From: Alphaproteobacteria bacterium
Lineage (GTDB): Bacteria > Pseudomonadota > Alphaproteobacteria > UBA828
DNA length: 64,000 nucleotides
Assembly (NCBI GenBank): GCA_965220825.1
Contig: OZ244839.1
Span: 2,301,377-2,365,376 of the forward strand
Reading direction: 5' to 3'
The notes beneath the pieces are model-generated. The model was given only the letters and a program-made list of their open reading frames with translations. It was not told where the DNA came from and ran no database searches. A program made the position numbers and the translations under genes. Shown piece by piece: positions 10,891 to 19,572 of this stretch (the stretch's first letter is position 1; each line of letters starts with the position of its first letter).

Positions 10891-11795
10891 TGACCAAGCC
10901 GGGAAACGCCGCCGCCCTTTCGTCGCCCGGCGCGCTCACCCTCGTGCTCGGCTGGCTGCGCTCGCCCGGCACTCTCTCCGCGGTGCCGGTGCTGGTGTTC
11001 TTCGTCATCGGCTTCGTGGGGCCGCTGGTGATCGTGCTGGGTTTCAGCTTCATGCCGGAGCGCACCTTCTCGCTCGGCGGCGAGTTCACCACGGAGAACT
11101 ATGGGCGCATCTTCTCCGAGAGCTACTACATCTCCTTCATCTGGTCGTTCGCGCTCGCAGCACTCACCGTCGCGTGCAATCTGCTTATCGGCTATCCCAT
11201 CGCCTACGGCCTCAGCAAGCTGTTCGGACGCTGGGCCGCGCCCGTCACCCTGATCCTGGTGATCCCGCTCTTCGTCTCGGAGAACGTGCGGCTCTTCGGC
11301 TGGTATATCTTCCTGCTGAAGGGCGGCGGGATTCTCGCGGGCGGTCTCAAGACGTTCGGCTTCGATGTGGGCTCCATGCTCTACATGCCGGGCACCATCC
11401 TGATGGGGATGATCTACGTCTATCTGCCGTTCACCCTCTTCCCCATCGTGCTCGGGCTCTCCATGGTGCCGCGGGACCAGGTGGACGCTGCGCGCGATCT
11501 CGGCGCGGGACGCTTCCAGATTTTCCGCGAGATCGAGCTTCCCATCGCCATGCCGGGCATCCTCATCGGCGCGCTGCTTACATTCGTGCTCGCGGTCGGC
11601 GCCATCTCCGAGGCGAAGCTGCTTGGCGGCCAGAACACACCGGTCATCGCGCAGGACATCCAGCACGAGTTCACCTACGCCCAGAACTGGCCGCTGGGCT
11701 CCGCGATCTCCGTCCTGACCATCGCGGTCACGGGCATATTGGTGGTTCTGGTGATGCGCAGGCTCGATCTCGACCGGCTGCTGGGCCGTCGCTGA
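10890..11795 (+). CDS. ABC transporter permease (PotB-like)
   Basis: Multi-TM protein with an EAA-type loop (DAARDLGAGRFQIFREIELP). TGATG overlap with the ATPase gene. Confidence 0.8.
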   Translation: MTKPGNAAALSSPGALTLVLGWLRSPGTLSAVPVLVFFVIGFVGPLVIVLGFSFMPERTFSLGGEFTTENYGRIFSESYYISFIWSFALAALTVACNLLIGYPIAYGLSKLFGRWAAPVTLILVIPLFVSENVRLFGWYIFLLKGGGILAGGLKTFGFDVGSMLYMPGTILMGMIYVYLPFTLFPIVLGLSMVPRDQVDAARDLGAGRFQIFREIELPIAMPGILIGALLTFVLAVGAISEAKLLGGQNTPVIAQDIQHEFTYAQNWPLGSAISVLTIAVTGILVVLVMRRLDLDRLLGRR

Positions 11796-11822
11796 GACCG
11801 GCGGCGGAAATCGGGCGCGAAG

Positions 11823-12626
11823 ATGGAGAGAAAACGCTGGGTGGTGAGCCTGATCGCGGTGTGGACGGCGGCGATCATGCTCTTCCTCTATATCCCCATC
11901 TTCTCGGTGATCGTGAGCTCCTTCGGCAAGTCGCGCTATTTCCGCTTCCCGGTGAAGGCGTGGAGCGACAAGTGGTACGACCAGACACTCGGCGCGAACC
12001 TGACCGCGGACCTGCACCTCACCTCGTTCTACGTGGCGGGCTGCGTCGCCCTCATCGCCACGGTGCTGGGGTTTTTCGGCGCGCTCGCCTTCGCCCGCTA
12101 CAACTGGCGCGGGCGCCGCTTCTATCAGCGGCTCATCATGCTGCCGATCTTCTTCCCGCAAGCGGTCCTCGGCCTCGCGCTGTTGCTGTGGTTCACCTAT
12201 GTGGGGGTCCTGCCGAGCTGGGAAGCGGCGGTCTTCGCACATCTGGTCTGGATCGTTCCCATCGTGACGCTGGTGATCTCGATCCAGGTCTACGGCTTCG
12301 ATGCGGCGCAGGAGGAAGCCGCCTACGATCTCGGCGCGAACCGCTGGCAGGCCTTCCGCGAGGTGACGTTCCCGGCGCTTGCGCCAGGGCTCCTCTCCGG
12401 CGCGCTCTTCGCCTTCCTGCTCTCCTGGGGCAACTTTCCGCTTTCCACCTACACGACCGGCGCCGACAGCACGGTGACGGAGTGGCTCTATACCAAGATG
12501 GGCTCGGGCTACACGCCCATGATCCCCACCATGGGCGCGCTCTCGGTGTTCGGCGCGGTGGTCATCCTGTTCGGCGGCTACATGTTTCTTATCGTCCGCC
12601 GGCGCCGAGGGGAGCGGGCGGGATAG
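11823..12626 (+). CDS. ABC transporter permease (PotC-like)
   Basis: Multi-TM protein with an EAAYDLGANRWQAFREVTFP loop. Confidence 0.8.
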   Translation: MERKRWVVSLIAVWTAAIMLFLYIPIFSVIVSSFGKSRYFRFPVKAWSDKWYDQTLGANLTADLHLTSFYVAGCVALIATVLGFFGALAFARYNWRGRRFYQRLIMLPIFFPQAVLGLALLLWFTYVGVLPSWEAAVFAHLVWIVPIVTLVISIQVYGFDAAQEEAAYDLGANRWQAFREVTFPALAPGLLSGALFAFLLSWGNFPLSTYTTGADSTVTEWLYTKMGSGYTPMIPTMGALSVFGAVVILFGGYMFLIVRRRRGERAG

Positions 12627-12759
12627 AACGGGACGGAAAAAGCCCGAGAGCGCCAAGAGGGAGTTGTCTCGCGGGCCGCATCACGGTCTAATCCGCTTCG
12701 TGCGGGGCGCGGGGCGCGCGTCCTGCGGTACGGGGGATCTGCGCGACAGGGAGCGGCCC

Positions 12760-13059
12760 ATGGCCTACCAAATCACCGACAAGGATCTGGACGTCGTCGA
12801 CGAGTTCATGGCGAAGCCGATCGGGCATCACAGCCCGAACCTCCAGCGCGTGCTGAACACGCTGCGCGGCGTCGACATCAAGGGCAAGCACTGCCTGGTC
12901 TGCACCAAGCCGGGCCGGGAGTGGCGGCTCGCCCAGCTCTCGGGCGTTCGCGGCAAGTCCGTCAAGCTGCTCGACAAGACCTTTGACAATATCGACGACG
13001 CGGAGCGCCACGTCTTCCGCCTCCGCTGGAAGCAGCACACCGGCAAGGCACTGCCCTAG
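12760..13059 (+). CDS. Hypothetical 99-aa protein. Possible small subunit partner of the downstream DMFase-like protein.
   Basis: MAYQITDKDLDVVDEFMAKPIGHH... preceded by a GGGAG RBS. No family recognised. Same strand as, and 80 bp upstream of, the large LamG-like gene. Confidence 0.4.
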   Translation: MAYQITDKDLDVVDEFMAKPIGHHSPNLQRVLNTLRGVDIKGKHCLVCTKPGREWRLAQLSGVRGKSVKLLDKTFDNIDDAERHVFRLRWKQHTGKALP

Positions 13060-13138
13060 CCGGAACCGCCGCGGACGCGGCACCCTTCATGAACGACGAA
13101 CAGCGATCGGCCGCGGCGGCGGCAGGGGAGAGCGAAGA

Positions 13139-15388
13139 ATGACCAAAATCGCGGGCTACGCGGATCGCGTCAGCGCGGCGCCCGGAGAAACCATCAGCTT
13201 CATGGTGAGCTCCGAGGCACCCTCCTACAAATGCGATATCGTTCGCATCATTTGCGGCGACGAGAACCCGAACGGGCCGGGCGTCAAGGAGCAGGTGGTC
13301 CGGACTCCGGCGAACGGAACCTACAAAGGCCGCAGGCAGGTCTGCTACGACGGCTCCTTCCTGGAGGTTCCGGCCCATCGGGCAATCCAGGGCCTGAAGA
13401 GCTTCACCTTCCAGGCCTTCATCTGGCCCACGACGCCGGATCGCGGCACCCAGGCGCTGATCGCCAACTGGCGCGACCGCGACAAGGCGGGCGCCGCCCT
13501 GATCATCACCAAGCAGAACGGCTCGCTCGCACTCTGTCTCGGCGACGGCAAGGGCAAGATCGAGGTCATCGCCACGAACCGGCCGCTGATCCCACACGAG
13601 TGGTACTTCGTCGCGGCGAGCTACGATGCGAAGTCGAAGCAGGTCGTCCTGGTGCAGCAGCCGCTCAAGGAATACCCCAAGGTGGCCCATGGCGGCATCG
13701 CGCGGAAGAAGTCCACGCTCAGAGCGCCCGGCAAGCACGATGCGCCCCTGACCATGGGGGCTTACTTCCGGCGCGTGGACAAGGGCCGCACCGTCTGCAA
13801 CGGGTTCTACAACGGGCGGATCGACAGCCCCCGAATCGCGAACCGGGCACTGAGCCTCGCCGAGATGGAACTCGCCAAGACGAGCCCCGGCGCCGAAGCG
13901 CTCGGCGATGCGATCGTCGGCGCCTGGGACTTCTCGCAAGGGATCACCACCACGCAAGCGGTGGACACCTCCCCCAACGGGCTCGACGGCAAGCTGGTCA
14001 ATCTGCCGACGCGGGCCGTCACCGGGTGGAACTGGGACGCCAGCGAGATGAACTGGCGGAACGCGCCGGAGCAATATGGCGCCATCCACTTCCATGAGGA
14101 CGATCTCTACGACGCCGGCTGGGAAGTGGATTTTTCCCTCACCGTGCCGAAGCGTCTGAAGAGCGGGGTCTATGCCGCACGCCTGCGGGGCGGCGGTTCG
14201 GAGGAGTACGTCCCCTTCGCCGTCCGCGCACCCCGCGGCGCTCCCACGGCGAAGATCTGCTTCCTGCTGCCGACCGCGAGCTATATGGCCTACGCCAACA
14301 CCAACATGGCGACCGATATCGGCGCGGCGCAGCTTCTCGCCGGCCGGCTCGCCGTCCTCAACGAGAAGAACCTGCAGCGCAACGCGCACCGGGAATATGG
14401 CACCTCGCTCTATGACAGCCATATCGACGGCAGCGGGATCTGCTATTCGTCGCGGCTCCGGCCCATCCTCAATTTCCGCCCGAAGGCACTGGAGTGGATC
14501 GGCGGGACGGAGTCCACCCTCTGGCAGTTCAATGCCGACACGCACCTCACCGACTGGCTCGAGGCGCGGGGCTTCGACTATGACGTGGTGACCGACGAGG
14601 ATCTCCACTATGAGGGCCTCTCGGCGATCCAGGACTACCGGGTTGTGCTCTCGGGCTCCCACCCCGAATACCATTCGAAGGCGATGTGGGACGCCATGGA
14701 CGCCTACCAGAAGCGCGGCGGGCGGCTGATGTATATGGGCGCCAACGGCTGGTACTGGCGCATCGCCTTCCACACCGAGGTGCCAGGCTGCATCGAGGTG
14801 CGCCGCGCCGAGGACGGAATCCGCACCTGGATTGCGCGCCCGGGCGAGTACTATCACAGCTTCACCGGCGAGTATGGCGGGCTCTGGCGGCGCAACGGCC
14901 GCCCGCCCCAGCTCATCACCGGCGCCGGCTTCACCGCCCAGGGCTTCGACATCTCGTCCTACTATGTGCGCCAGCCGGACAGCTTCAAAAAAGAGGTCGA
15001 CTGGATATTCAAGGGGATCGGAAAGGACGAGAAGATTGGCGATTTCGGACTGATCGGGGGCGGCGCTGCGGGTCTCGAGCTCGACCGCGCGGACCCGCTC
15101 CTCGGCACGCCGCCCAATGCCTATGTGCTGGCGAGTTCGGAGGGCCACACCGATCTCTATCTGGTGGTGTGCGAAGAGCTGGACGTGAACCGGCCCAATG
15201 CCGACGGCACCCAGGATCCGCTGGTCCGCGCCGACATCGTGTTCTACGAGACGGCGAACGGCGGAGCGGTGTTCTCCACCAGCTCCATCGCCTGGTGCGG
15301 GAGCCTCGCGCACAACAATTACAAAAACAACGTCTCCCGCATGACGGAAAACGTCCTGCGCCGCTTCGCCGACCCGAAACCCTTCTGA
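13139..15388 (+). CDS. N,N-dimethylformamidase large (beta) subunit-like protein: LamG-like jellyroll plus class-I glutamine-amidotransferase-like fold
   Basis: 749 aa. LamG motif TMGAYF...FYNGRIDSPRIANRALSLAEMELA. C-terminal DYRVVLSGSHPEYHSKAMWDAMDAYQKRGGRLMYMGANGWYW GATase1-like segment. The size matches DmfA2-family proteins. Start at the internal MTKIAGYADR, with RBS. Confidence 0.5.
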   Translation: MTKIAGYADRVSAAPGETISFMVSSEAPSYKCDIVRIICGDENPNGPGVKEQVVRTPANGTYKGRRQVCYDGSFLEVPAHRAIQGLKSFTFQAFIWPTTPDRGTQALIANWRDRDKAGAALIITKQNGSLALCLGDGKGKIEVIATNRPLIPHEWYFVAASYDAKSKQVVLVQQPLKEYPKVAHGGIARKKSTLRAPGKHDAPLTMGAYFRRVDKGRTVCNGFYNGRIDSPRIANRALSLAEMELAKTSPGAEALGDAIVGAWDFSQGITTTQAVDTSPNGLDGKLVNLPTRAVTGWNWDASEMNWRNAPEQYGAIHFHEDDLYDAGWEVDFSLTVPKRLKSGVYAARLRGGGSEEYVPFAVRAPRGAPTAKICFLLPTASYMAYANTNMATDIGAAQLLAGRLAVLNEKNLQRNAHREYGTSLYDSHIDGSGICYSSRLRPILNFRPKALEWIGGTESTLWQFNADTHLTDWLEARGFDYDVVTDEDLHYEGLSAIQDYRVVLSGSHPEYHSKAMWDAMDAYQKRGGRLMYMGANGWYWRIAFHTEVPGCIEVRRAEDGIRTWIARPGEYYHSFTGEYGGLWRRNGRPPQLITGAGFTAQGFDISSYYVRQPDSFKKEVDWIFKGIGKDEKIGDFGLIGGGAAGLELDRADPLLGTPPNAYVLASSEGHTDLYLVVCEELDVNRPNADGTQDPLVRADIVFYETANGGAVFSTSSIAWCGSLAHNNYKNNVSRMTENVLRRFADPKPF

Positions 15389-15403
15389 GCCGGGAGCTGC
15401 GCC

Positions 15404-16162
15404 ATGAGCAAGCCGACCGTTCTGATCACCGGCGCCGGCATCGGAATCGGTGAGGCCACGGCGCTCGCCTTCGCCGACGCGGGCTATCACGTCTACGTCA
15501 CCGACGTGCTCGACGAAGAGGGCCGGGAGACCGTCTCGGCCATCGAGGCGAAGGGCGGCAGTGCGAGCTTTACCCGTGTCGACGTGACCGACAGCGCCAA
15601 TGTGGACGCGGCCGTTGCCGCCGCCATTGCCGCCACGGGGCCGCTGGACGCGGTGGTCGCCAATGCGGGCATCGCCCACAAGGTGCCGCTGCCCGAAATG
15701 AGCGACGAAAAGTGGGACCACACGCTGGATGTGGACCTCAAGGGCGTGTTTCGCGTCTGCCGCGCGGCGGCGCCCGCCATGCGCGAAGCGAAGCGCGGCG
15801 CCATGGTGGCGGTCTCCTCGGTGATGGGGACGAGCTATGGCTGGCACGACCATGTGCAGTACAACGCCGCCAAGGCCGGTGTGGTCGGCCTGGTGCGGGG
15901 GCTCGCCTGCGACCTCGGCGGCGACGGTATCCGCGTCAACGGGATCGCGCCCGGCTTCATCAAGACGGCGCAGGCGCTTTCCACCGTGCACTCGGTGGGG
16001 CTCGCGGGGCTGGAGGCGGCGGCCGACTATATTCCGCTCGGCCGCTACGGCGAGGCGGAGGACATCGCCTCCGTCATCCTCTTCCTCTGTTCCGACGGCG
16101 CGCGCTATGTGAGCGGCCAGACGCTGATCGTGGACGGCGGCCTCACCGTCGGCCGCTATTGA
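15404..16162 (+). CDS. SDR family oxidoreductase
   Basis: TGAGIGIGEA Rossmann motif, NAGI, YNAAK catalytic motif. Confidence 0.85.
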   Translation: MSKPTVLITGAGIGIGEATALAFADAGYHVYVTDVLDEEGRETVSAIEAKGGSASFTRVDVTDSANVDAAVAAAIAATGPLDAVVANAGIAHKVPLPEMSDEKWDHTLDVDLKGVFRVCRAAAPAMREAKRGAMVAVSSVMGTSYGWHDHVQYNAAKAGVVGLVRGLACDLGGDGIRVNGIAPGFIKTAQALSTVHSVGLAGLEAAADYIPLGRYGEAEDIASVILFLCSDGARYVSGQTLIVDGGLTVGRY

Positions 16163-16183
16163 CGGCAGCCGCTACGCGGGCGC

Positions 16184-16795
16184 TCAGCGGCCGGCGTCCT
16201 CTCCCAGCACGGCGCGGCGGAAGCGGTCCTTCAGATAGGGGCCGTTGCGCGGCGGCAGTACCCGGGGCAGCGGCTCGGCCCTGACCTTCACGGCAAGGAA
16301 GGTGGGACCCGGCGCCTCGTGGACGAGCGCAAGCGCGCCCTCGAGCCCGGCTTCGTCGGCGACCGTCCGCGCCTCCCGGAAGCCCGCGGCCTCGGCGGCG
16401 CGGGCAAGGTCCGCGCCATAGGCCGTGTGGCTCGGCTGCATGCCCGTCTCGCCGTGGCGTTCATTGTCGAGGACCGCGATCGCGAGGTTCTCCGGCGCCT
16501 GGGTCGCGACGGTGGCGAGGCAGCCGAGGCCCATCAACATGTCGCCGTCTCCGGTGAGCACCACCACGCGCCGGGCGGGCTGCGCCAGCGCGAGGCCGAG
16601 CCCGATCATGGACGCATTGCCCATGGCGCCCCACAGCGAGAAGTGGCGCACATTGTCGCCGAGGGCGGCGCAGTCCCAGGTCGCGGAGCCGAGACCCGGG
16701 ATCACCAGCGTATCCTCCCGGCCTTCGAGCAGCATCGCCACCGCTTCGCGCCGGCCGAGCGTGGTGGCGGGTTGGCTTCGCGCCCGGGCGTTCAT
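16184..16795 (-). CDS. comE: Sulfopyruvate/phosphonopyruvate decarboxylase beta subunit (ComE-like, TPP-binding C-terminal domain)
   Basis: GDGDMLMGLGCLATVA...NLAIAVLDNERHGETGMQ TPP-binding GDG-x-N motif. ~203 aa. ATGA overlap with the alpha subunit gene. The ORF-track ORF at 16184..17077 is a spurious extension. Confidence 0.7.
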   Translation of the reverse strand: MNARARSQPATTLGRREAVAMLLEGREDTLVIPGLGSATWDCAALGDNVRHFSLWGAMGNASMIGLGLALAQPARRVVVLTGDGDMLMGLGCLATVATQAPENLAIAVLDNERHGETGMQPSHTAYGADLARAAEAAGFREARTVADEAGLEGALALVHEAPGPTFLAVKVRAEPLPRVLPPRNGPYLKDRFRRAVLGEDAGR

Positions 16796-17319
16796 CGCGT
16801 CTCGAAGCGTTTCGCGCCGATCACGCGCTGTCCGATCAGGACGGCGGCTGCGGCTTCGCTCTCGAAGGCGAGCGCGGCGGCCGCGGCGACGGTCTCGCCG
16901 GTGTCGGCCTCGTCGTCCACCCGCGAGACGATCACGCCGCATTGCGTGAGGTGCGCCGCGGCCCCCTGACCCATGGGAAGCTGCCAGGGATTGGTCTCGC
17001 CCCATTCGCCCCGCATGGTCACCAGGGCGAGAAACGGAAAGAGGCAGCTGCGGATCAGCGATAGAGCGGCGACGCAATTGCCGACGCCGCTCGACTGCAT
17101 CAGCAGCACCGCGCGCTCGCCGCCGAGCCAGGCGCCGGCGGCGAGCGCCGGGCCTTCCTGCTCATGGGCGAGGAGAACCGGGCGCATGGCGGGGTCGGCA
17201 TGGCAGAGCGCGAGCAGCCCGTCGAGACCCGCATCCGGCACATAGGCGACTTGCCGAACGCGGGCGTCCGCGAGCGCGCGATGGGCCTGCGCGCCCCAGC
17301 CGCACCGGGGAGCGCTCAC
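16792..17319 (-). CDS. comD: Sulfopyruvate/phosphonopyruvate decarboxylase alpha subunit (ComD-like, TPP pyrimidine-binding domain)
   Basis: VAYVPDAGLDGLLAL...LAHEQEGPALAAGAWLGGERAVLLMQSSGVGNCVAAL, typical of the TPP enzyme N-terminal domain. 175 aa. Confidence 0.7.
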   Translation of the reverse strand: MSAPRCGWGAQAHRALADARVRQVAYVPDAGLDGLLALCHADPAMRPVLLAHEQEGPALAAGAWLGGERAVLLMQSSGVGNCVAALSLIRSCLFPFLALVTMRGEWGETNPWQLPMGQGAAAHLTQCGVIVSRVDDEADTGETVAAAAALAFESEAAAAVLIGQRVIGAKRFETR

Positions 17320-17984
17320 GCGCCGGCGCTCGAAGCGTCGCCGGCGGCTTCCGCCGTCGCACCGCCCGCCCGCCCGGAGCCCGGGGCCATGCGGCAGAGC
17401 ATGGATAGCGTCCGGTCCAGGCGCCGGAGCCGGCGGTCGAGTGCCGCCATCGTGCTGGCCATGTCCGGGCTGTCGTCGCGCAGCCAGACGGGGAGGACGG
17501 AGAGATAGAGGGCGGCGAGCGCCTCCGCGCGGAACCGGCCGCGAAGGCCTGCGCTGCCGAGGCCCGCGGCTTCCAGCATCCAGCCCATGGAGCGGTGGAG
17601 CGCGAGCCGCCCGCAGACCAGCGCCGCCGGGTCCGGCGCGCCGCTTCGCAGGATCGCGCGAACCGCTTCCTTGTGTTCATTCAGCGCATCGAAACGCCGC
17701 ATCAGCACGTCGAAGAGGCGTTCCGGCGCCGGCCGTCCGGCCATCTCGGGATCGCGATCGGACAGCACCGTGCGGTCGATGCGTGCCGCGTACCCCGCCA
17801 GGATGGCGTTCCTCGAGGGGAAGAGGGCGCGGAGTTCGTCGAGAGAGAGTCCCGCCTCCTCGGCGATGTCGGCAAGGCTCACGCGCGACCAGCCCTCGCG
17901 CGCGGCGAGCGCCAGGGCGCCGTCGATGACGGTATCGCGGGGATCCGGCGGCGGTTTGGATTTGGGTGCCGCCTTCCTAGCCAT
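17316..17984 (-). CDS. TetR/AcrR family transcriptional regulator
   Basis: N-terminal HTH REGWSRVSLADIAEEAGLSLDELRALFPSRNAIL. The stop overlaps the comD start. Confidence 0.8.
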   Translation of the reverse strand: MARKAAPKSKPPPDPRDTVIDGALALAAREGWSRVSLADIAEEAGLSLDELRALFPSRNAILAGYAARIDRTVLSDRDPEMAGRPAPERLFDVLMRRFDALNEHKEAVRAILRSGAPDPAALVCGRLALHRSMGWMLEAAGLGSAGLRGRFRAEALAALYLSVLPVWLRDDSPDMASTMAALDRRLRRLDRTLSMLCRMAPGSGRAGGATAEAAGDASSAGA

Positions 17985-18051
17985 GATCCGATCCTCCCGC
18001 GTCGCCGCCGGTCAAGTCTAGGCCCGGCCGAAACCGCCGGTCAATCGCTTG

Positions 18052-18240
18052 TCCTCGTTCAGGACGTTTGCGACGCCGGGGTTTCTTCGGCCGTCAGGTT
18101 GGCAAGCTATTCGGCCGACCTTTGTCCGCAAACTGCCCCTTTTTGGTGCGCGGGTCTCCAGGCCCGCGCACCAAACTTGTCATTGGGGTCTCCCAACCTC
18201 GTTTCAAGAGCCGCGTCTCATAGCTGTCTGAACGTGCACA
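18052..18240 (+). mobile_element. IS-derived MITE-like repeat, copy 1 (shortened: the internal hairpin is collapsed to a 10-bp stem)
   Basis: Shares the left end tcctcgttcaggacgtttg(a/c)gacgc, the core ggtttcttcggccgtcaggttggcaagctattcggcc, the hairpin arm ggtgcgcgggtctccaggcccgc and the right end ccaacctcgtttcaagagccgcgtctcata(g/c)ctgtctgaac with copies at 19573-19868 and 55452-55784. Confidence 0.7.
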
Positions 18241-18258
18241 TCGTCCCGGGGCGGGCGG

Positions 18259-19482
18259 CTAGAGCGCTTCGCCGCGGGCGAGGCGGGGCTGGCGGCCCAG
18301 CACGCCCATGGCGTGGCGCATGAAGAGGCGCTTCAAGGGCGGGAGTTCGTTCACCGCCGCGAGGCTCAGGTCGCGGCCGGCGCGCAAGATGTCGCTCTCG
18401 TTCGAAAACAGGCGGTTCAGCCCGTCCGTGACGGCGACAAGCGCCGTGGAATCAAAGCGGCGCCGGCGCTGGTAGCGGGCGAGCAGGTCGTCCGCGCCGG
18501 GGTCGAGGCCGAGCCGCACATGGTCCACCACCAGTTCGGCGAGCTCGGCGACATCGCGGAGCCCCAGATTGAAACCCTGGCCGGCGATGGGGTGGATGGC
18601 GCGGGCCGCGTCCCCGATGAGCGCGAGGCGGGGCGCGGTAAAGCGGTGGGAAACGCTGAGCGCCAGCGGATAGCTCCAGCGCGGGCCGACCGGCTCCAGG
18701 GCGCCGAGAAAATCCCCGAAGCGCGTACCGAGCTCCTCTGCGAAACGCGCCTCGTCCGCCGCCATCATGATGGGCGCCACGTCCGCACGCTCGGTCCACA
18801 CCAGGGAAGAGCGATTGCCGCGCATGGGCAGGATGGCGAAGGGGCCCGCCGGCAGGAACCGCTCATGGGCGATACCCCGGTGCGGGCGCTCGTGGGCCAC
18901 GGCGCAGACGATGGCCGTCTGCCCGTAGGGCCGGCTCCACGCCTCGATTCCGGCGCCGGCGCGGAGCGCCGAATTGGCCCCGTCGGCGGCAATGGCGAGC
19001 CGCGCGGCGATACTGCGCCCGTCGGCGAGCCGGGCCTCGGTGCGCACCCCGCCGGGGACCAGCGCCGTCACGGAGGCGGGCGCAAGGTGGCGGAGTGCCG
19101 GCAGGTTTGCGGCGCGGTCCAAGAGGGCTGCGCGCAGGGCGCGGTTCTCGACAATGAAACCCAGAGGCCCGCCACCCACCAGCGCGCCGTCATAATGAAG
19201 GAAGAGCGGGGCCTCGCCGTCCGACACGCGGATTTCGAGGATGGGCTCCGCCTCCGCCTCGAGCGCCGGCCAGACTCCGAGGCCCGCCAGCACGCGCTGG
19301 GAGCCGAGGGCGATGGAGGAGACCCGCCCGTCGAACGCCGCGGCGCGCAGACGCTCCGGCGGATGGCCGTCCACGACCACCGTCTCGCACCCGGCGCCCG
19401 CAAGGGCCGTACCCATGGCAAGCCCCGCGAGCCCGCCACCCACGATGACGGCCTCCGCCTCGATCCGCGCCGCCTCCGCCAT
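18259..19482 (-). CDS. ubiH: FAD-dependent ubiquinone biosynthesis hydroxylase (UbiH/UbiF/VisC/Coq6 family)
   Basis: VIVGGGLAGLAMG dinucleotide-binding motif, DG motif, GDAARAIHPIAGQGFNLGLRD flavin monooxygenase fingerprint. Confidence 0.8.
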   Translation of the reverse strand: MAEAARIEAEAVIVGGGLAGLAMGTALAGAGCETVVVDGHPPERLRAAAFDGRVSSIALGSQRVLAGLGVWPALEAEAEPILEIRVSDGEAPLFLHYDGALVGGGPLGFIVENRALRAALLDRAANLPALRHLAPASVTALVPGGVRTEARLADGRSIAARLAIAADGANSALRAGAGIEAWSRPYGQTAIVCAVAHERPHRGIAHERFLPAGPFAILPMRGNRSSLVWTERADVAPIMMAADEARFAEELGTRFGDFLGALEPVGPRWSYPLALSVSHRFTAPRLALIGDAARAIHPIAGQGFNLGLRDVAELAELVVDHVRLGLDPGADDLLARYQRRRRFDSTALVAVTDGLNRLFSNESDILRAGRDLSLAAVNELPPLKRLFMRHAMGVLGRQPRLARGEAL

Positions 19483-19572
19483 GCCCGTACCGCTCCGCCG
19501 GCAACATCGCCGTAACGCCGCATGCTAGGGCGCTTATCCCGCCGTGAAAACCGCCGTGCCCGCAGATCGGTC

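Noticed and set aside
18049-18231. Small ORFs inside the MITE copies (18049..18231, 19605..19859, 55507..55740)
   Set aside because: They translate the hairpin arms (VRGSPGPH...) and differ between copies by frameshifts and deletions. Only the terminal ~20 aa resemble a transposase tail, so they are remnants and not functional genes.
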